NCBI GenBank assembly: GCA_964515175.1
Contig: CAZEUR010000002.1
Span: 9,630-57,809, forward strand
Source: an uncultured Holosporaceae bacterium
Lineage (GTDB): Bacteria; Pseudomonadota; Alphaproteobacteria; UBA7879; UBA5542
Length of the DNA stretch: 48,180 bases
Direction of reading: 5' to 3'
The notes beneath the pieces were generated by a model that searched no databases, was not told the DNA's origin, and saw only the letters and a list, made by a program, of their open reading frames with translations. This document shows, piece by piece, positions 30,262 through 39,663 of the stretch (the stretch's first letter is position 1; every line of letters starts with the position of its first letter). A program made the position numbers and the translations under genes.

Positions 30262-31110
30262 TTACTGTAAGAGATTTGTAATCAAAATGCCAGTGTAAAA
30301 AATCAGGCCAAGCCATAGATTTTTCCTAAAAGCTTGGAGACAGCAGGGGGAAGACTTAAGATTGACCTTCTGCCCCCAGAAGAACAGGATGGATATTCCA
30401 AACAAGGTTGCGGCGAAGAGACAAGGATTCTGTTTTAGTGCAGACAGAATTCCCCACCCAAACAGCATGATTCCATAGAAGAGGTTGATATAAAATTTTC
30501 CTCTGTTTCCAAAGCGAAGTGCTGTAGATTTAATGCCTATTCTCAAGTCATCTTCAGCATCTTGATAGGCGTAGAGGGTGTCGTAGGCGAGGGTCCAAAA
30601 AATACAGGTGATGTAGAGTAAGATGCTGGGAAACGTTATCTTTCCATACAGAGCCATTTCTCCCATGAGGGCGCCCCAATTAAAGGTGATTCCCAGGAAT
30701 AGTTGAGGCCAATAGGTCCAGCGCTTCATAAAGGGGTAGAGCGCTACTAAAATCAAAGAGCTGGCCCCCAAAATTTGTGTGGGTCTATTGAATTGGAGCA
30801 ATATGATGAACGCTCCACACAATTGGAGCAGCAAAAACAAGATTGCCTGAAAGACGGAGAGGGAACCTTTTGCTAAGGGGCGCTCCTTTGTGCGTGTTAC
30901 ATGGATATCGATATTTTTATCAACAATGTCATTAAAAGTGCACCCGGCCCCTCGCATTAGGGTGGCACCAAGGGTGAAGAGCAAAATGTATCGAAGATTA
31001 AGGGTCGGGCTCGCAAGTGCCAGAGACCACAGGCAAGGAAAGAGTAGAAGCCAAATGCCAAGGGGGCGGTTGAGGCGCATGAGGTCCATAAAAGGTCTTA
31101 TATTTTTCAT
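30262..31110 (-). CDS. ubiA: 4-hydroxybenzoate polyprenyltransferase
   Basis: LMRLNRPLGIWLLLFPCLW, FNDIVDKNIDIHVTRTKERPLA (NDxxDxxxD) and YAYQDAEDD. It is multi-TM. I prefer the start at 31110 (MKNIRPF...). Confidence 0.9.
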   Translation of the reverse strand: MKNIRPFMDLMRLNRPLGIWLLLFPCLWSLALASPTLNLRYILLFTLGATLMRGAGCTFNDIVDKNIDIHVTRTKERPLAKGSLSVFQAILFLLLQLCGAFIILLQFNRPTQILGASSLILVALYPFMKRWTYWPQLFLGITFNWGALMGEMALYGKITFPSILLYITCIFWTLAYDTLYAYQDAEDDLRIGIKSTALRFGNRGKFYINLFYGIMLFGWGILSALKQNPCLFAATLFGISILFFWGQKVNLKSSPCCLQAFRKNLWLGLIFYTGILITNLLQ

Positions 31111-31145
31111 TTGCAGGTATGGCGGGGTCCTTTTATACTTCATCT

Positions 31146-31883
31146 ATGAATTGCCTTAAATCAAAGTTTCCCAGAGTATATGTGTCTCAGCCCCTAAAGC
31201 AAGACTTAGAAGTGGTTATGACGGTCTCCCAGGCTCATTATTTGCTGCACGTTTTGAGAAAAAAAAGGGGGGACATCATCCTTCTTTTTAATGGACAAGA
31301 TGGAGAATGGGAGGCAGAGATCTCTGAATCTTCTCCTAAGAAAACAATTCTTAGATGTGAAAAGGTGAGGCGTGCCCAAGAAAAGGATTCAGGGGCATGG
31401 TTTTTGTTTGCACCACTTAAGAAAGATCCATTGGCATTTTTAGTCGAAAAAGCTACAGAACTTGGGGTATCAGCGCTTTATCCTGTTGTGACCGAGCATG
31501 CGGAGACAAAGGCATTTTCCATCTCCAAGGCAGAGACTTATGCGATCGAAGCCGCAGAACAATGCGAACGGCTCACTGTGCCCCCAATTCATCCTCTTCA
31601 GCCTCTGGAAGAGTTATTACAGACGTGGCCTGAGGGGCGCGTGCTTTATGTCTGCGTGGAAAGGAAGGAGGCGCCTGCCTTATTGAAGGTATTGAATTCC
31701 TCAAAAGACGCGGCCTTCCTTGTGGGGCCTGAGGGAGGGTTTTCCGAAAAAGATCTGGATCTTTTAAAGAAATACGATTTTGTGGCGCTTGTTAGTCTGG
31801 GGCCTTTAATCTTGCGGGCAGAGACGGCGGGGATTGTGGCTTTGGGAGTTTATGGGCAGGAGAGATTGGAGAGACAAAGATGA
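31146..31883 (+). CDS. rsmE: 16S rRNA (uracil1498-N3)-methyltransferase
   Basis: FPRVYVSQPL...AHYLLHVLR at the N-terminus and FLVGPEGGFSEKDL...LGPLILRAETA at the C-terminus (SPOUT knot). Confidence 0.88.
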   Translation: MNCLKSKFPRVYVSQPLKQDLEVVMTVSQAHYLLHVLRKKRGDIILLFNGQDGEWEAEISESSPKKTILRCEKVRRAQEKDSGAWFLFAPLKKDPLAFLVEKATELGVSALYPVVTEHAETKAFSISKAETYAIEAAEQCERLTVPPIHPLQPLEELLQTWPEGRVLYVCVERKEAPALLKVLNSSKDAAFLVGPEGGFSEKDLDLLKKYDFVALVSLGPLILRAETAGIVALGVYGQERLERQR

Positions 31884-33175
31884 TTTTTAGGAATTTATTT
31901 CGACCGTCCTTTCTAAAGGTTGCTGCTGTCTATGAAGATCAAGGTCATGCTTGTTTAAAAAAGGGAGATGTATTATCAGCTATCGAAATGTTTTCTCGGG
32001 GGCTCGCTTTACAATATTCAAAAGAACGGGCAAAATTTTTGTGGGATCTGTTGTGGCTAAATCCAGGAGATAGGCCTCCTTACATAGTTTTATCTTCTCA
32101 TAAAAAAGAAATAGCTGTTTTGGAAGAGGCTTTGAGGCGGGCGCCTGTTGAAGAAATCCGAATCTTAAAGCGACTTAAGTTTATTTATGAAACAGGAAGA
32201 TCTTCGTCAAAGGATTCGGAGATTTGGCCAAATCTCCTGCGTGCCAACGAAATTCGACGGAAGCTGGAAGGAATATCCCAAAAAACCAACAAAAAAGAAC
32301 CCATAGAGATTATTGTGATAACTGACGATGTTTATGCAGCGCACGCGGGGGTTACGCTGACGTCTGCTTTGTATTACTCGCTACCTGATACTTTTTATTC
32401 TTTTCATATTTTAACAGCTAAGGGAAAGCTTTCTGTAGAAAATCAGAAAAAATTTTTGAAACTAAACACTATTAAAGAATGCGATGTTCATTTTCATTTT
32501 TTTGAAGAGCAACTCATTCCACAAGAAGCCTATGAAGTGATTAAGAAGGGACACTATCCCATTTTAATTGCCTATCGTCTTTTCTTCTGTGACTTTTTTA
32601 AAAAATCTTCCAAAATTATATCTCTTGATGCAGATCTTATTGTTAAAAGTGATTTAAGGCCTCTTTGGACAGAAGATATATCTGGAGCGTGCATTTTGGC
32701 AGCGACAGATCCTCTTCCTGAGATTGGAAAAACCTCCTTGGGGCTTCCTGCAGAGGCTCTTTATATGAACTGTGGCGTCATGGTGATGAATCTTCAGAGG
32801 ATGAGAGAATTAAATTTCTCTCAAAAATCTTTAGAAATCTTAAAAAGTCACCATAAAAAGATTACCCTTTTGGAGCAGGATGTCATGAACTTGGGCTTTC
32901 AGAACGAAATTAAACTGCTTCACCCCTCCTGGAACACACCTATTCGAGCGCTCTTTCATGAGAAATATCTAAATTTTAAAGTAGATCCCTTCTGGCCAAA
33001 AATCCTACATTTCATTTTAATTAGAAAAAAATCTAAAGAAAAGCGTGTTAAGCCTTGGAAATTTCCCGCTGAGGCAGAAATTCTTTGGAGGGAACAACCC
33101 TCAAGAATTCCATTCTATTTTAGAGAGTATTGGGCTTTTCGAGATTTAAGCCCTTGGCCAGTTTCGATATCTTAA
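31880..33175 (+). CDS. Glycosyltransferase family 8 protein with an N-terminal extension of about 140 aa
   Basis: The GT8 core starts near IEIIVITDDVYAAHAGVTLTSALYYS and includes DxD (ISLDADLIV), YMNCGVMVMNLQRMRE and LEQDVMNLGF. The preceding ~140 aa carry no GT motif and no signal peptide. The ATG overlaps the rsmE stop (ATGA). Confidence 0.8.
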   Translation: MIFRNLFRPSFLKVAAVYEDQGHACLKKGDVLSAIEMFSRGLALQYSKERAKFLWDLLWLNPGDRPPYIVLSSHKKEIAVLEEALRRAPVEEIRILKRLKFIYETGRSSSKDSEIWPNLLRANEIRRKLEGISQKTNKKEPIEIIVITDDVYAAHAGVTLTSALYYSLPDTFYSFHILTAKGKLSVENQKKFLKLNTIKECDVHFHFFEEQLIPQEAYEVIKKGHYPILIAYRLFFCDFFKKSSKIISLDADLIVKSDLRPLWTEDISGACILAATDPLPEIGKTSLGLPAEALYMNCGVMVMNLQRMRELNFSQKSLEILKSHHKKITLLEQDVMNLGFQNEIKLLHPSWNTPIRALFHEKYLNFKVDPFWPKILHFILIRKKSKEKRVKPWKFPAEAEILWREQPSRIPFYFREYWAFRDLSPWPVSIS

Positions 33176-33184
33176 TAAGCTGTC

Positions 33185-33862
33185 TCAGGCGACATTCTGT
33201 CGTTGCCTAATAAACTGAACCCCAAGATCAACACCTGCGCGATCCATGGAATGGCCCAGCTCTGGAATTGTTGCAAGGGTTGCCGAAAATCCCTGTTCCT
33301 TTAAGAAAGATTCGGTTCGTTGTGACTCTTGGAGGGGGACCACATCGTCCTCTTCTCCGTGGATCAGCAGGATCTTTAAATCTTTGGGAGACACTTCAAT
33401 GTCTTCTTTTTCCACATAGACTCCCCCCGCATAGGCAATGACCTTGCCACAGAGGTTCTCTTCAGACAGACTTGTATGCAGCGCTAAGAAGGCTCCTTGG
33501 GAAAACCCGATAAGTACAGTGTTCTGCCAAGTTACTTGATGTTTCGCCTGAGCCTTGCGCACAAAGTCCTCCACAGTTCTGCAAGCCAAGAGGCACCCTT
33601 GTCTTAGGGCAGGTGGGGACATATCAAGCAAGTCAAACCATTGATACCCTTCCATGCCCGTCATTTTTTCAGGCGCATCTGGCATGAGGAAGTAAGTATC
33701 CGGCAGACTTTTCTGAAAGGCATAGGCGACGTTGGTCATGTTTTGACCGTCTGCCCCATAGCCATGAAGCAAGATTACCAAAACTTCTGGAGGGGTCTTG
33801 CGAGAGGGGAGCTCATAAAATTGTTGAATCATGGGCTCACTATAGAGTATCTTGGGCATCAA
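33185..33862 (-). CDS. Alpha/beta hydrolase, phospholipase/carboxylesterase family
   Basis: LVILLHGYGADG, nucleophile elbow GFSQGA, LLIHGEEDDVVP and GHSM give a Ser-Asp-His triad arrangement. Confidence 0.85.
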   Translation of the reverse strand: MMPKILYSEPMIQQFYELPSRKTPPEVLVILLHGYGADGQNMTNVAYAFQKSLPDTYFLMPDAPEKMTGMEGYQWFDLLDMSPPALRQGCLLACRTVEDFVRKAQAKHQVTWQNTVLIGFSQGAFLALHTSLSEENLCGKVIAYAGGVYVEKEDIEVSPKDLKILLIHGEEDDVVPLQESQRTESFLKEQGFSATLATIPELGHSMDRAGVDLGVQFIRQRQNVA

Positions 33863-33876
33863 ACAAGGATTTTTTT

Positions 33877-34089
33877 ATGAGACAGGATGCCTTTCCCTTT
33901 AAAGTAGAGGAAGATCAGACGTACTTCTTTTGTGCCTGTGGTAAAAGCCAGAGAGGCGCCCTTTGTGATGGATCTCACAAGGGAAGTGGTGTGAGATCGA
34001 TCCCGTTTCATGCAGATAAAAACACCCTTGTAACCCTTGAAAAAGGTCAAATTATAGAAGTAGTTTCCGATGTTTCAAAGTCTTTCTGA
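33877..34089 (+). CDS. CDGSH-type iron-sulfur domain mini-protein
   Basis: 70 aa. CACGKSQRGALCDGSHKG fits the C-x-C-x2-S-x5-C-D-G-S-H [2Fe-2S] motif. The 3' end overlaps the ffh start by 20 nt. Confidence 0.75.
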   Translation: MRQDAFPFKVEEDQTYFFCACGKSQRGALCDGSHKGSGVRSIPFHADKNTLVTLEKGQIIEVVSDVSKSF

Positions 34090-35416
34090 TCGTTTTACCA
34101 AGATTTTTAGTGGCCTGCAGCGCCATGGAAAATTAACGGAAGCGGATGTGACGGTCGCTCTCAGGGAAGTGCGTGTGGCACTTCTTGAGGCAGACGTTGC
34201 CCTGCCTGTGGTAAAGAATTTTGTAGAAAAAATCCGAGAAAAAGCCTTGGGTCAAGAGGTTCTGTCCAGCATTACGCCCACCCAAATGGTGGTCAAAATC
34301 GTTCATGATCAGCTGGTGGAGGCTTTGGGAAGCGATACCACAGAAATTAATCTTGCCGTAACGCCTCCAGCGGTTATTCTGATGGCAGGCCTTCAAGGAT
34401 CAGGCAAAACCACCACCACCGGTAAGTTGGCCAAGTATCTCCATGACAAGAAGCATAAAAAGGTTTTGGTGGCTTCTTTGGATATTTATAGGCCTGCAGC
34501 GCAAGAACAGCTCAAGATTTTGGCAGAGAGTATAGGAATTGCCAGTTTGCCTGTTGTATCAGGAGAAAATCCTCATGAAATAACAAAAAGAGCTCTAAAA
34601 GCAGCAAAACTTGAAAGTTTTGATATCCTCGTTTTGGACACAGCGGGTCGTCTCCATGTGGATGAGCCGCTTATGGAAGAGCTCAAAGCTGTTTCAAAGC
34701 TTGCAAACCCCATTGAAACTTTATTGGTGGTGGATGCTATGACAGGGCAAGACGCCGTGAATGTAGCCAAGTCTTTTAAAGACACAATCCCTCTGACAGG
34801 CGTTATTTTATCCCGGTTAGACGGGGATGCTCGGGGTGGGGCAGCGCTTTCCATGCGCCATGTAACGGGGTGTCCCATTAAGTTTATTGGAGTCGGCGAA
34901 AAGCCGGATCAATTAGAGGTTTTTCACCCAAGTCGCATCGCTGGACGCATCTTAGATCAGGGAGATGTTGTCAGTTTAGTAGAAAAAGCGATGGAAACTA
35001 TTGACAAAACAGAGGTAGACAGGTTAAACAGTAGGATCGAAAAAGGATCCTTTGATCTGGAAGATATGGCAACCCAGCTTCGGCAGATGCTGAAAATGGG
35101 GGGTGTCGCAGGATTAATGAAGATGCTTCCCGGCATGGGCCAGCTGAAAGATAAGCTGCCTCAAGGAGGAGTAGATGATCGGGCAATTAAGCGTCAGATT
35201 GCTATTATTCAGTCCATGACGCCGCGGGAACGACGGCATTGGAAACTGTTGAATGCGTCTCGCAGAAAACGGATTGCTGCAGGTTCAGGAACCTCGGTTC
35301 AGGACATTAATCGCCTGCTCAAACAGTTTGAGGGCATGTCCAAGATGATGAAACAAATGAGTAGCCTCAATAAACGAGGCCTCTTGAAAGATGGAATTAA
35401 AAGCCTATTTAAGTAA
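34070..35416 (+). CDS. ffh: Signal recognition particle protein Ffh
   Basis: MFQSLSDRFTKIF..., GLQGSGKTTT, DTAGR, and a Met-rich M domain (MLKMGGVAGLMKMLPGMGQ...MSKMMKQM). Confidence 0.96.
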   Translation: MFQSLSDRFTKIFSGLQRHGKLTEADVTVALREVRVALLEADVALPVVKNFVEKIREKALGQEVLSSITPTQMVVKIVHDQLVEALGSDTTEINLAVTPPAVILMAGLQGSGKTTTTGKLAKYLHDKKHKKVLVASLDIYRPAAQEQLKILAESIGIASLPVVSGENPHEITKRALKAAKLESFDILVLDTAGRLHVDEPLMEELKAVSKLANPIETLLVVDAMTGQDAVNVAKSFKDTIPLTGVILSRLDGDARGGAALSMRHVTGCPIKFIGVGEKPDQLEVFHPSRIAGRILDQGDVVSLVEKAMETIDKTEVDRLNSRIEKGSFDLEDMATQLRQMLKMGGVAGLMKMLPGMGQLKDKLPQGGVDDRAIKRQIAIIQSMTPRERRHWKLLNASRRKRIAAGSGTSVQDINRLLKQFEGMSKMMKQMSSLNKRGLLKDGIKSLFK

Positions 35417-35446
35417 AAGGCTAGTTTGTAAAGAAGGAAGAGAAAG

Positions 35447-35971
35447 ATGGCATTAAAAATTCGAATGGCGCGTTATGGTGCGAAGAAGCGTCCTTTTTAT
35501 TGGATCGTAGTTGCTGATGCGCGGGCTCCACGAGATGGAAAGTTCATAGAGAAGCTAGGGACGCATAATCCTCTTTTGACCCATGAGAATCCAAGCCGTG
35601 TTGTCATGAACATCGAGCGCATTAAGTACTGGCTTTCAGTTGGTGCCAAGCCTTCTGACCGTTTGACAAAATTTTTCTCCAAAGAAGGACTTGTGGCGAA
35701 TCCTGTGACTCCTGCGCAAACAAAGAAAGATCAGCCTCGCAAAAAGGCTCAAGAGCGCCTGAAAGAAGAAGCTCAGCGTAAAATAGATGCAGAAGAGGCA
35801 GCGAAGAAAGCGGCGGAAGCGGAAGCTCAGGCAGCCGCAGAGGCGGCAGCTGCTCCTGTTATTGAAGAAATTGTGGTTGAGGTGGAAACGCCTGCTGAAC
35901 CAGAAGCGTCTGAACCTGAAGCAGGGCCATCTACTCCAGACGAACCTAAACCTGAAGATTCTCAAGAGTAA
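35447..35971 (+). CDS. rpsP: 30S ribosomal protein S16 with a long acidic/Ala-rich C-terminal tail
   Basis: [41 protein letters not shown] is the S16 core. Residues after ~95 form a low-complexity K/E/A/P tail, giving 174 aa in total. Confidence 0.93.
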   Translation: MALKIRMARYGAKKRPFYWIVVADARAPRDGKFIEKLGTHNPLLTHENPSRVVMNIERIKYWLSVGAKPSDRLTKFFSKEGLVANPVTPAQTKKDQPRKKAQERLKEEAQRKIDAEEAAKKAAEAEAQAAAEAAAAPVIEEIVVEVETPAEPEASEPEAGPSTPDEPKPEDSQE

Positions 35972-35993
35972 GCTTGAGTTTTCTTAAGTCATC

Positions 35994-36518
35994 ATGAGCA
36001 CCCCTTCCCAAAAACTTATTGTTGTTGGGAAGATTGTGGCGGCCCATGGTATCCAGGGACAGGTCAAGATCAAAGCGTTTATCGAAAACCCCCTAGATAT
36101 TAACAAGTATGGTCCTGTACAAGATGCGGATGGATCTGTTTTTTTTCAAATAAAACCTTTGCACGCCAAGGGCGATATGGTGGTAGTCTCTCTTAAATCT
36201 GTGACAGATCGGAATCAAGCGGAAGCTTTGCGGGGTACAGATCTATATGTGGCCCGAGAAAATTTTCCAGAACTGGACGATAATACTTTCTACAATGAGG
36301 ATCTAATTGGACTTGAAGTGCATAATTCTCAAGGAAAATCCGTAGGCGTTATCATTAGCGTCCAGAATTTTGGGGCAGGAGATCTGCTTGAGGTTCAAAA
36401 TCCTAAAACTTTCCAGGCTATTTTTGTGCCTTTCCGGGATGAAGCGGTACCTACCGTTGATTTGGAAAAGGGGGTTGTTGTGGTGGAGGATTCTTATTTA
36501 GAGGATTTTGAATCATGA
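35994..36518 (+). CDS. rimM: Ribosome maturation factor RimM
   Basis: [19 protein letters not shown], a PRC-barrel C-terminal half, and its position between rpsP and trmD. Confidence 0.9.
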   Translation: MSTPSQKLIVVGKIVAAHGIQGQVKIKAFIENPLDINKYGPVQDADGSVFFQIKPLHAKGDMVVVSLKSVTDRNQAEALRGTDLYVARENFPELDDNTFYNEDLIGLEVHNSQGKSVGVIISVQNFGAGDLLEVQNPKTFQAIFVPFRDEAVPTVDLEKGVVVVEDSYLEDFES

Positions 36519-37216
36519 GCCAGCCCTGGAAATCCACAGTTTTAACCCTATTTCCCGAAATGTTTCCAGGACCTTTGGGGCATTCCTTGTCTGGGAAAGC
36601 TTTGGGTCACCAGTGGGATTTGGAGAGTATTAACATACGAGATTTTGCGGAAGATAAGCACAAAACCGTCGATGATACAGCCTTTGGCGGAGGCCCTGGG
36701 ATGGTCATGAGAGCGGATATTTTGGATAAAGCTTTAGATTCTGTGGCGGATTTATCCCTCGGCCCCGTGATTTATTTAACACCAAGGGGTTGCCCTTTGA
36801 CGCAGAACATGGTAAAAGAGTTTGCGTCAATGCCCCATTTGACCTTAATTTGTGGTCGCTACGAGGGAATTGACGAACGGCTGCTGCAGAAACGGAACAT
36901 CCTTGAGGTGAGTATTGGGGACTATGTTTTGTCAGGTGGCGAGCTTGGGGCTCTGGTATTAATGGACGCTTGTGTGCGGCTGTTGCCGGGTGTTATGGGG
37001 TCTGGTGCCTCTCTGGAAGAAGAAAGTTTCCAGAATGGATTGTTGGAATACCCCCAGTATACGCGCCCTCAGAGCTGGGAAGGCTTGGATGTGCCAGAGG
37101 TTTTAGTCTCAGGTCATCATGAAAGGATTCGCGCCTGGCGACTTGCGCGGGCAGAAGAGATTACGGCGAAGCGCCGGCCCGATTTGTGGGCGAAGTATGT
37201 GGAAAAGAAAAAGTAG
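36515..37216 (+). CDS. trmD: tRNA (guanine37-N1)-methyltransferase
   Basis: [35 protein letters not shown] and [10 protein letters not shown]. Confidence 0.95.
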   Translation: MSQPWKSTVLTLFPEMFPGPLGHSLSGKALGHQWDLESINIRDFAEDKHKTVDDTAFGGGPGMVMRADILDKALDSVADLSLGPVIYLTPRGCPLTQNMVKEFASMPHLTLICGRYEGIDERLLQKRNILEVSIGDYVLSGGELGALVLMDACVRLLPGVMGSGASLEEESFQNGLLEYPQYTRPQSWEGLDVPEVLVSGHHERIRAWRLARAEEITAKRRPDLWAKYVEKKK

Positions 37217-37225
37217 AGTTTTGTT

Positions 37226-37687
37226 ATGAACATTATACAGCAGATTGAGCAAGAGCAGATTGTAAAGCTTATGGAAGGGAAAACCATTCCAGAGTTTGCC
37301 CCAGGAGACACAGTTCGGGTACTTGTAAAAGTTGTGGAAGGCGATAGAGAACGCGTTCAGGCCTTTGAAGGTGTTTGTATTGCGCGTAAGAATTCTTCTC
37401 TTAACTCTTCTTTCACTGTGCGTAAAATTTCTTATGGGGAAGGCGTAGAGCGCGTATTCCCTCTGTACTCTCCTCGTATCAATGTGGAAGTGGTTCGTAA
37501 AGGGTCCGTTCGTCGGGCGAAGTTGTACTACCTTCGTGATCTCAGCGGCAAGAAGGCTCGTATTTCTGAAAAGAAGCGTGGATTTGGTGTGCTGGGCGCT
37601 GCAGGGTCTCGGAAAGCGGCTAAGGCTGCGAAGTCTGCGGCAGCAGCAGAGGCCATGGGTGTGCCAGACGAACCTCAGGCGGAATAG
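37226..37687 (+). CDS. rplS: 50S ribosomal protein L19 with an Ala/Lys-rich C-terminal tail
   Basis: [33 protein letters not shown]...[21 protein letters not shown] is the L19 core. A tail of about 35 aa ([28 protein letters not shown]...) follows. Confidence 0.93.
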   Translation: MNIIQQIEQEQIVKLMEGKTIPEFAPGDTVRVLVKVVEGDRERVQAFEGVCIARKNSSLNSSFTVRKISYGEGVERVFPLYSPRINVEVVRKGSVRRAKLYYLRDLSGKKARISEKKRGFGVLGAAGSRKAAKAAKSAAAAEAMGVPDEPQAE

Positions 37688-37720
37688 AACCTTCCCTCTT
37701 TGAGGGACTGGAGTCACTTA

Positions 37721-38278
37721 ATGTTTATCCAAACGGAACAGACGCCTAATCCCGATTCTCTCAAATTTATTCCTGGATCTATGTTGTTGGATAGTCCCAT
37801 GGACTTTCCCAATCGGGAAACGGCTAAAATTTCTCCCCTTGCTTTGCGGCTTTTTGCCATTCCTGGTGTGGAAGGGGTTTTCATCGGTCGCGACTTCGTG
37901 ACCATCTCCAAACAAGAAGACCTAGATTGGTATGCTTTGAAGCCGGCTATTTTGGGTGCGCTTATGGAGCACCTTATGGCGAAAAAACCTATTTTGAGGG
38001 AAGTTCCTTTGGCGCCAGAACCTTTGCCAGAGGTGGAAGGGGAAGACAAAGAAATCATATCGAAAATTCAAGACATCATTGAAACCCGCGTACGGCCGTC
38101 TGTTGCTCTCGATGGGGGCGATATTGTTTTTGTGAAATTCGAAGATGGAATTGTGTACCTTAAAATGAAAGGGGCCTGTTCTGGGTGCCCAAGTTCTCAA
38201 GTTACCTTAAAGTCCGGGATTGAAAATATGCTGCGGTTCTATGTGCCAGAGGTTATTGGCGTCGAGCAGATTTCTTAA
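37721..38278 (+). CDS. NifU/Nfu-type Fe-S cluster carrier (Nfu_N plus NifU C-terminal domain)
   Basis: MFIQTEQTPNPDSLKF (Nfu N-domain) and C-terminal ...RVRPSVALDGGDIVFV...KGACSGCPSS (CxxC). I prefer the ATG at 37721, preceded by GGAG, over the TTG at 37700. Confidence 0.88.
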   Translation: MFIQTEQTPNPDSLKFIPGSMLLDSPMDFPNRETAKISPLALRLFAIPGVEGVFIGRDFVTISKQEDLDWYALKPAILGALMEHLMAKKPILREVPLAPEPLPEVEGEDKEIISKIQDIIETRVRPSVALDGGDIVFVKFEDGIVYLKMKGACSGCPSSQVTLKSGIENMLRFYVPEVIGVEQIS

Positions 38279-38337
38279 GGGCACAGACCTCCTCAAATTT
38301 CAAGTTTCCTAAACACTCTTGTCATTTTGTTAAATAT

Positions 38338-39048
38338 ATGCAAAGCTTTGAGAATAAAGTTTTGGGAGGGTTGCGCGTGATTAAAAAAAACAAACTTTGG
38401 AGCTTGGTATGGTCTCTAGCTCTAGCAGGATTTTTGATGGCCTTTTCTTGTGACGGAATGGCCGCCGTCAGCCCCGCCGTTTTTGGGGTCGACTTTTTAG
38501 AACCAAAAAGCCCTACTGTTCTGGGCCACTTGACAAAGTGGGGCATTCATACAGCCCCTTCTTGGGGAAAAAATAAGGTGGTTTTTGAAGATGGGCAAGA
38601 ATTTGAAGGAATGCCTCCAAGAGAATTTTTGCGTAAACACTGTCAGCTTTCAAACTACAGAGTGATCGTTTTAGATACAAAAGAAGACTTAAGGGCGTAC
38701 GTTGCCTATCGTCTTCTACAGAAGTATAACGAGCACGATGAGGAAATGCAGATCACCAGTTTGCCTCAGATTAAAACACTGCTGGATTCCCCTAGATTTA
38801 TGGAGCAGTTTATAAATTTTCTCCATCTCCAGTTAACCATGATTATATTGACCGATCTTGAAAACAATATTGTGGATGCCTCTCGAGAGAAAGAAGATTT
38901 GGCCCCAGATGGCAGTAGGTATCCGGTAACTCTGCCCAAGACCCTTAGGGCAGCTAATGGACAATTTCTTAAAAAAATAGGCAACGAGGCGGATCTGGCG
39001 TGGGAGGAAGTTATAAGCCTTCGGCGCCATATTTTGAGCACGCACTAA
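38338..39048 (+). CDS. Hypothetical protein with N-terminal hydrophobic anchor/signal (orphan)
   Basis: 236-aa ORF. KKNKLWSLVWSLALAGFLMAFSCDG looks like a signal or anchor segment, and the rest has no motif I recognise. The true start is uncertain, with an internal GTG at RVIKKNK possible. Confidence 0.5.
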   Translation: MQSFENKVLGGLRVIKKNKLWSLVWSLALAGFLMAFSCDGMAAVSPAVFGVDFLEPKSPTVLGHLTKWGIHTAPSWGKNKVVFEDGQEFEGMPPREFLRKHCQLSNYRVIVLDTKEDLRAYVAYRLLQKYNEHDEEMQITSLPQIKTLLDSPRFMEQFINFLHLQLTMIILTDLENNIVDASREKEDLAPDGSRYPVTLPKTLRAANGQFLKKIGNEADLAWEEVISLRRHILSTH

Positions 39049-39108
39049 TAAGCCCCTTTTCAAGAGCCTCTTAAACCTGTAGAGTAAGGAAATCAAAAGG
39101 AGACTCAT

Positions 39109-39588
39109 ATGGCTAAACGCGACACTACAAACGGATCTAAGAAACCTGATATGATCGAAGCATTGCCTCTTGTGAACAATGTTCATTATGTGAAGGATCT
39201 TTCCTTCGAAAACCCTGGAATTTTAAAGAATCTCAGTGAGCCCGGGCAGGTGCCTCAGATTGGGATCAATATCCAGGTGGAAGTAAAGAATTTAGCGCCC
39301 CATGTGTTCGAAGTGGTCCTTTTGGTGGAAGCAAAGGCGGATATGGAAAAGGAAGCCCTCTTTTTGGTGGAGCTTTCCTATGGTGGGATCTTTACAGTGG
39401 CGGAATCCATAACGGAAACAGATGCAAAGCCTTTGTTGCTTATTGAGGCGCCTCGTCTCTTGTTCCCTTTTGCACGGAGTATTGTTGCCAATATGACCCG
39501 TGATGGAGGATTGCCGCCCCTTCTCATGAATCCAGTGGATTTTGCAGCGCTCTATCGTCAGCAGCATCAACCAGAGCTTTCTTCTTGA
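39109..39588 (+). CDS. secB: Protein-export chaperone SecB
   Basis: 159 aa with YVKDLSFENP, the FLVELSYGGIF core, LLFPFARSIVANMTRDGGLPPLLMNPVDF and an acidic C-terminus. Confidence 0.92.
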   Translation: MAKRDTTNGSKKPDMIEALPLVNNVHYVKDLSFENPGILKNLSEPGQVPQIGINIQVEVKNLAPHVFEVVLLVEAKADMEKEALFLVELSYGGIFTVAESITETDAKPLLLIEAPRLLFPFARSIVANMTRDGGLPPLLMNPVDFAALYRQQHQPELSS

Positions 39589-39663
39589 GGGGAGTAGAAA
39601 ATAAACCTAAAGCTTATTCCTAAAGATTCTGGTTATCGGGCCCTCTTAGGGCTCTCAAGATTC

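Noticed and set aside
37109-37717. 202-aa minus-strand ORF
   Set aside because: It is antisense to trmD, rplS and the nfu start. Its Arg/Cys-rich composition is typical of shadow frames.
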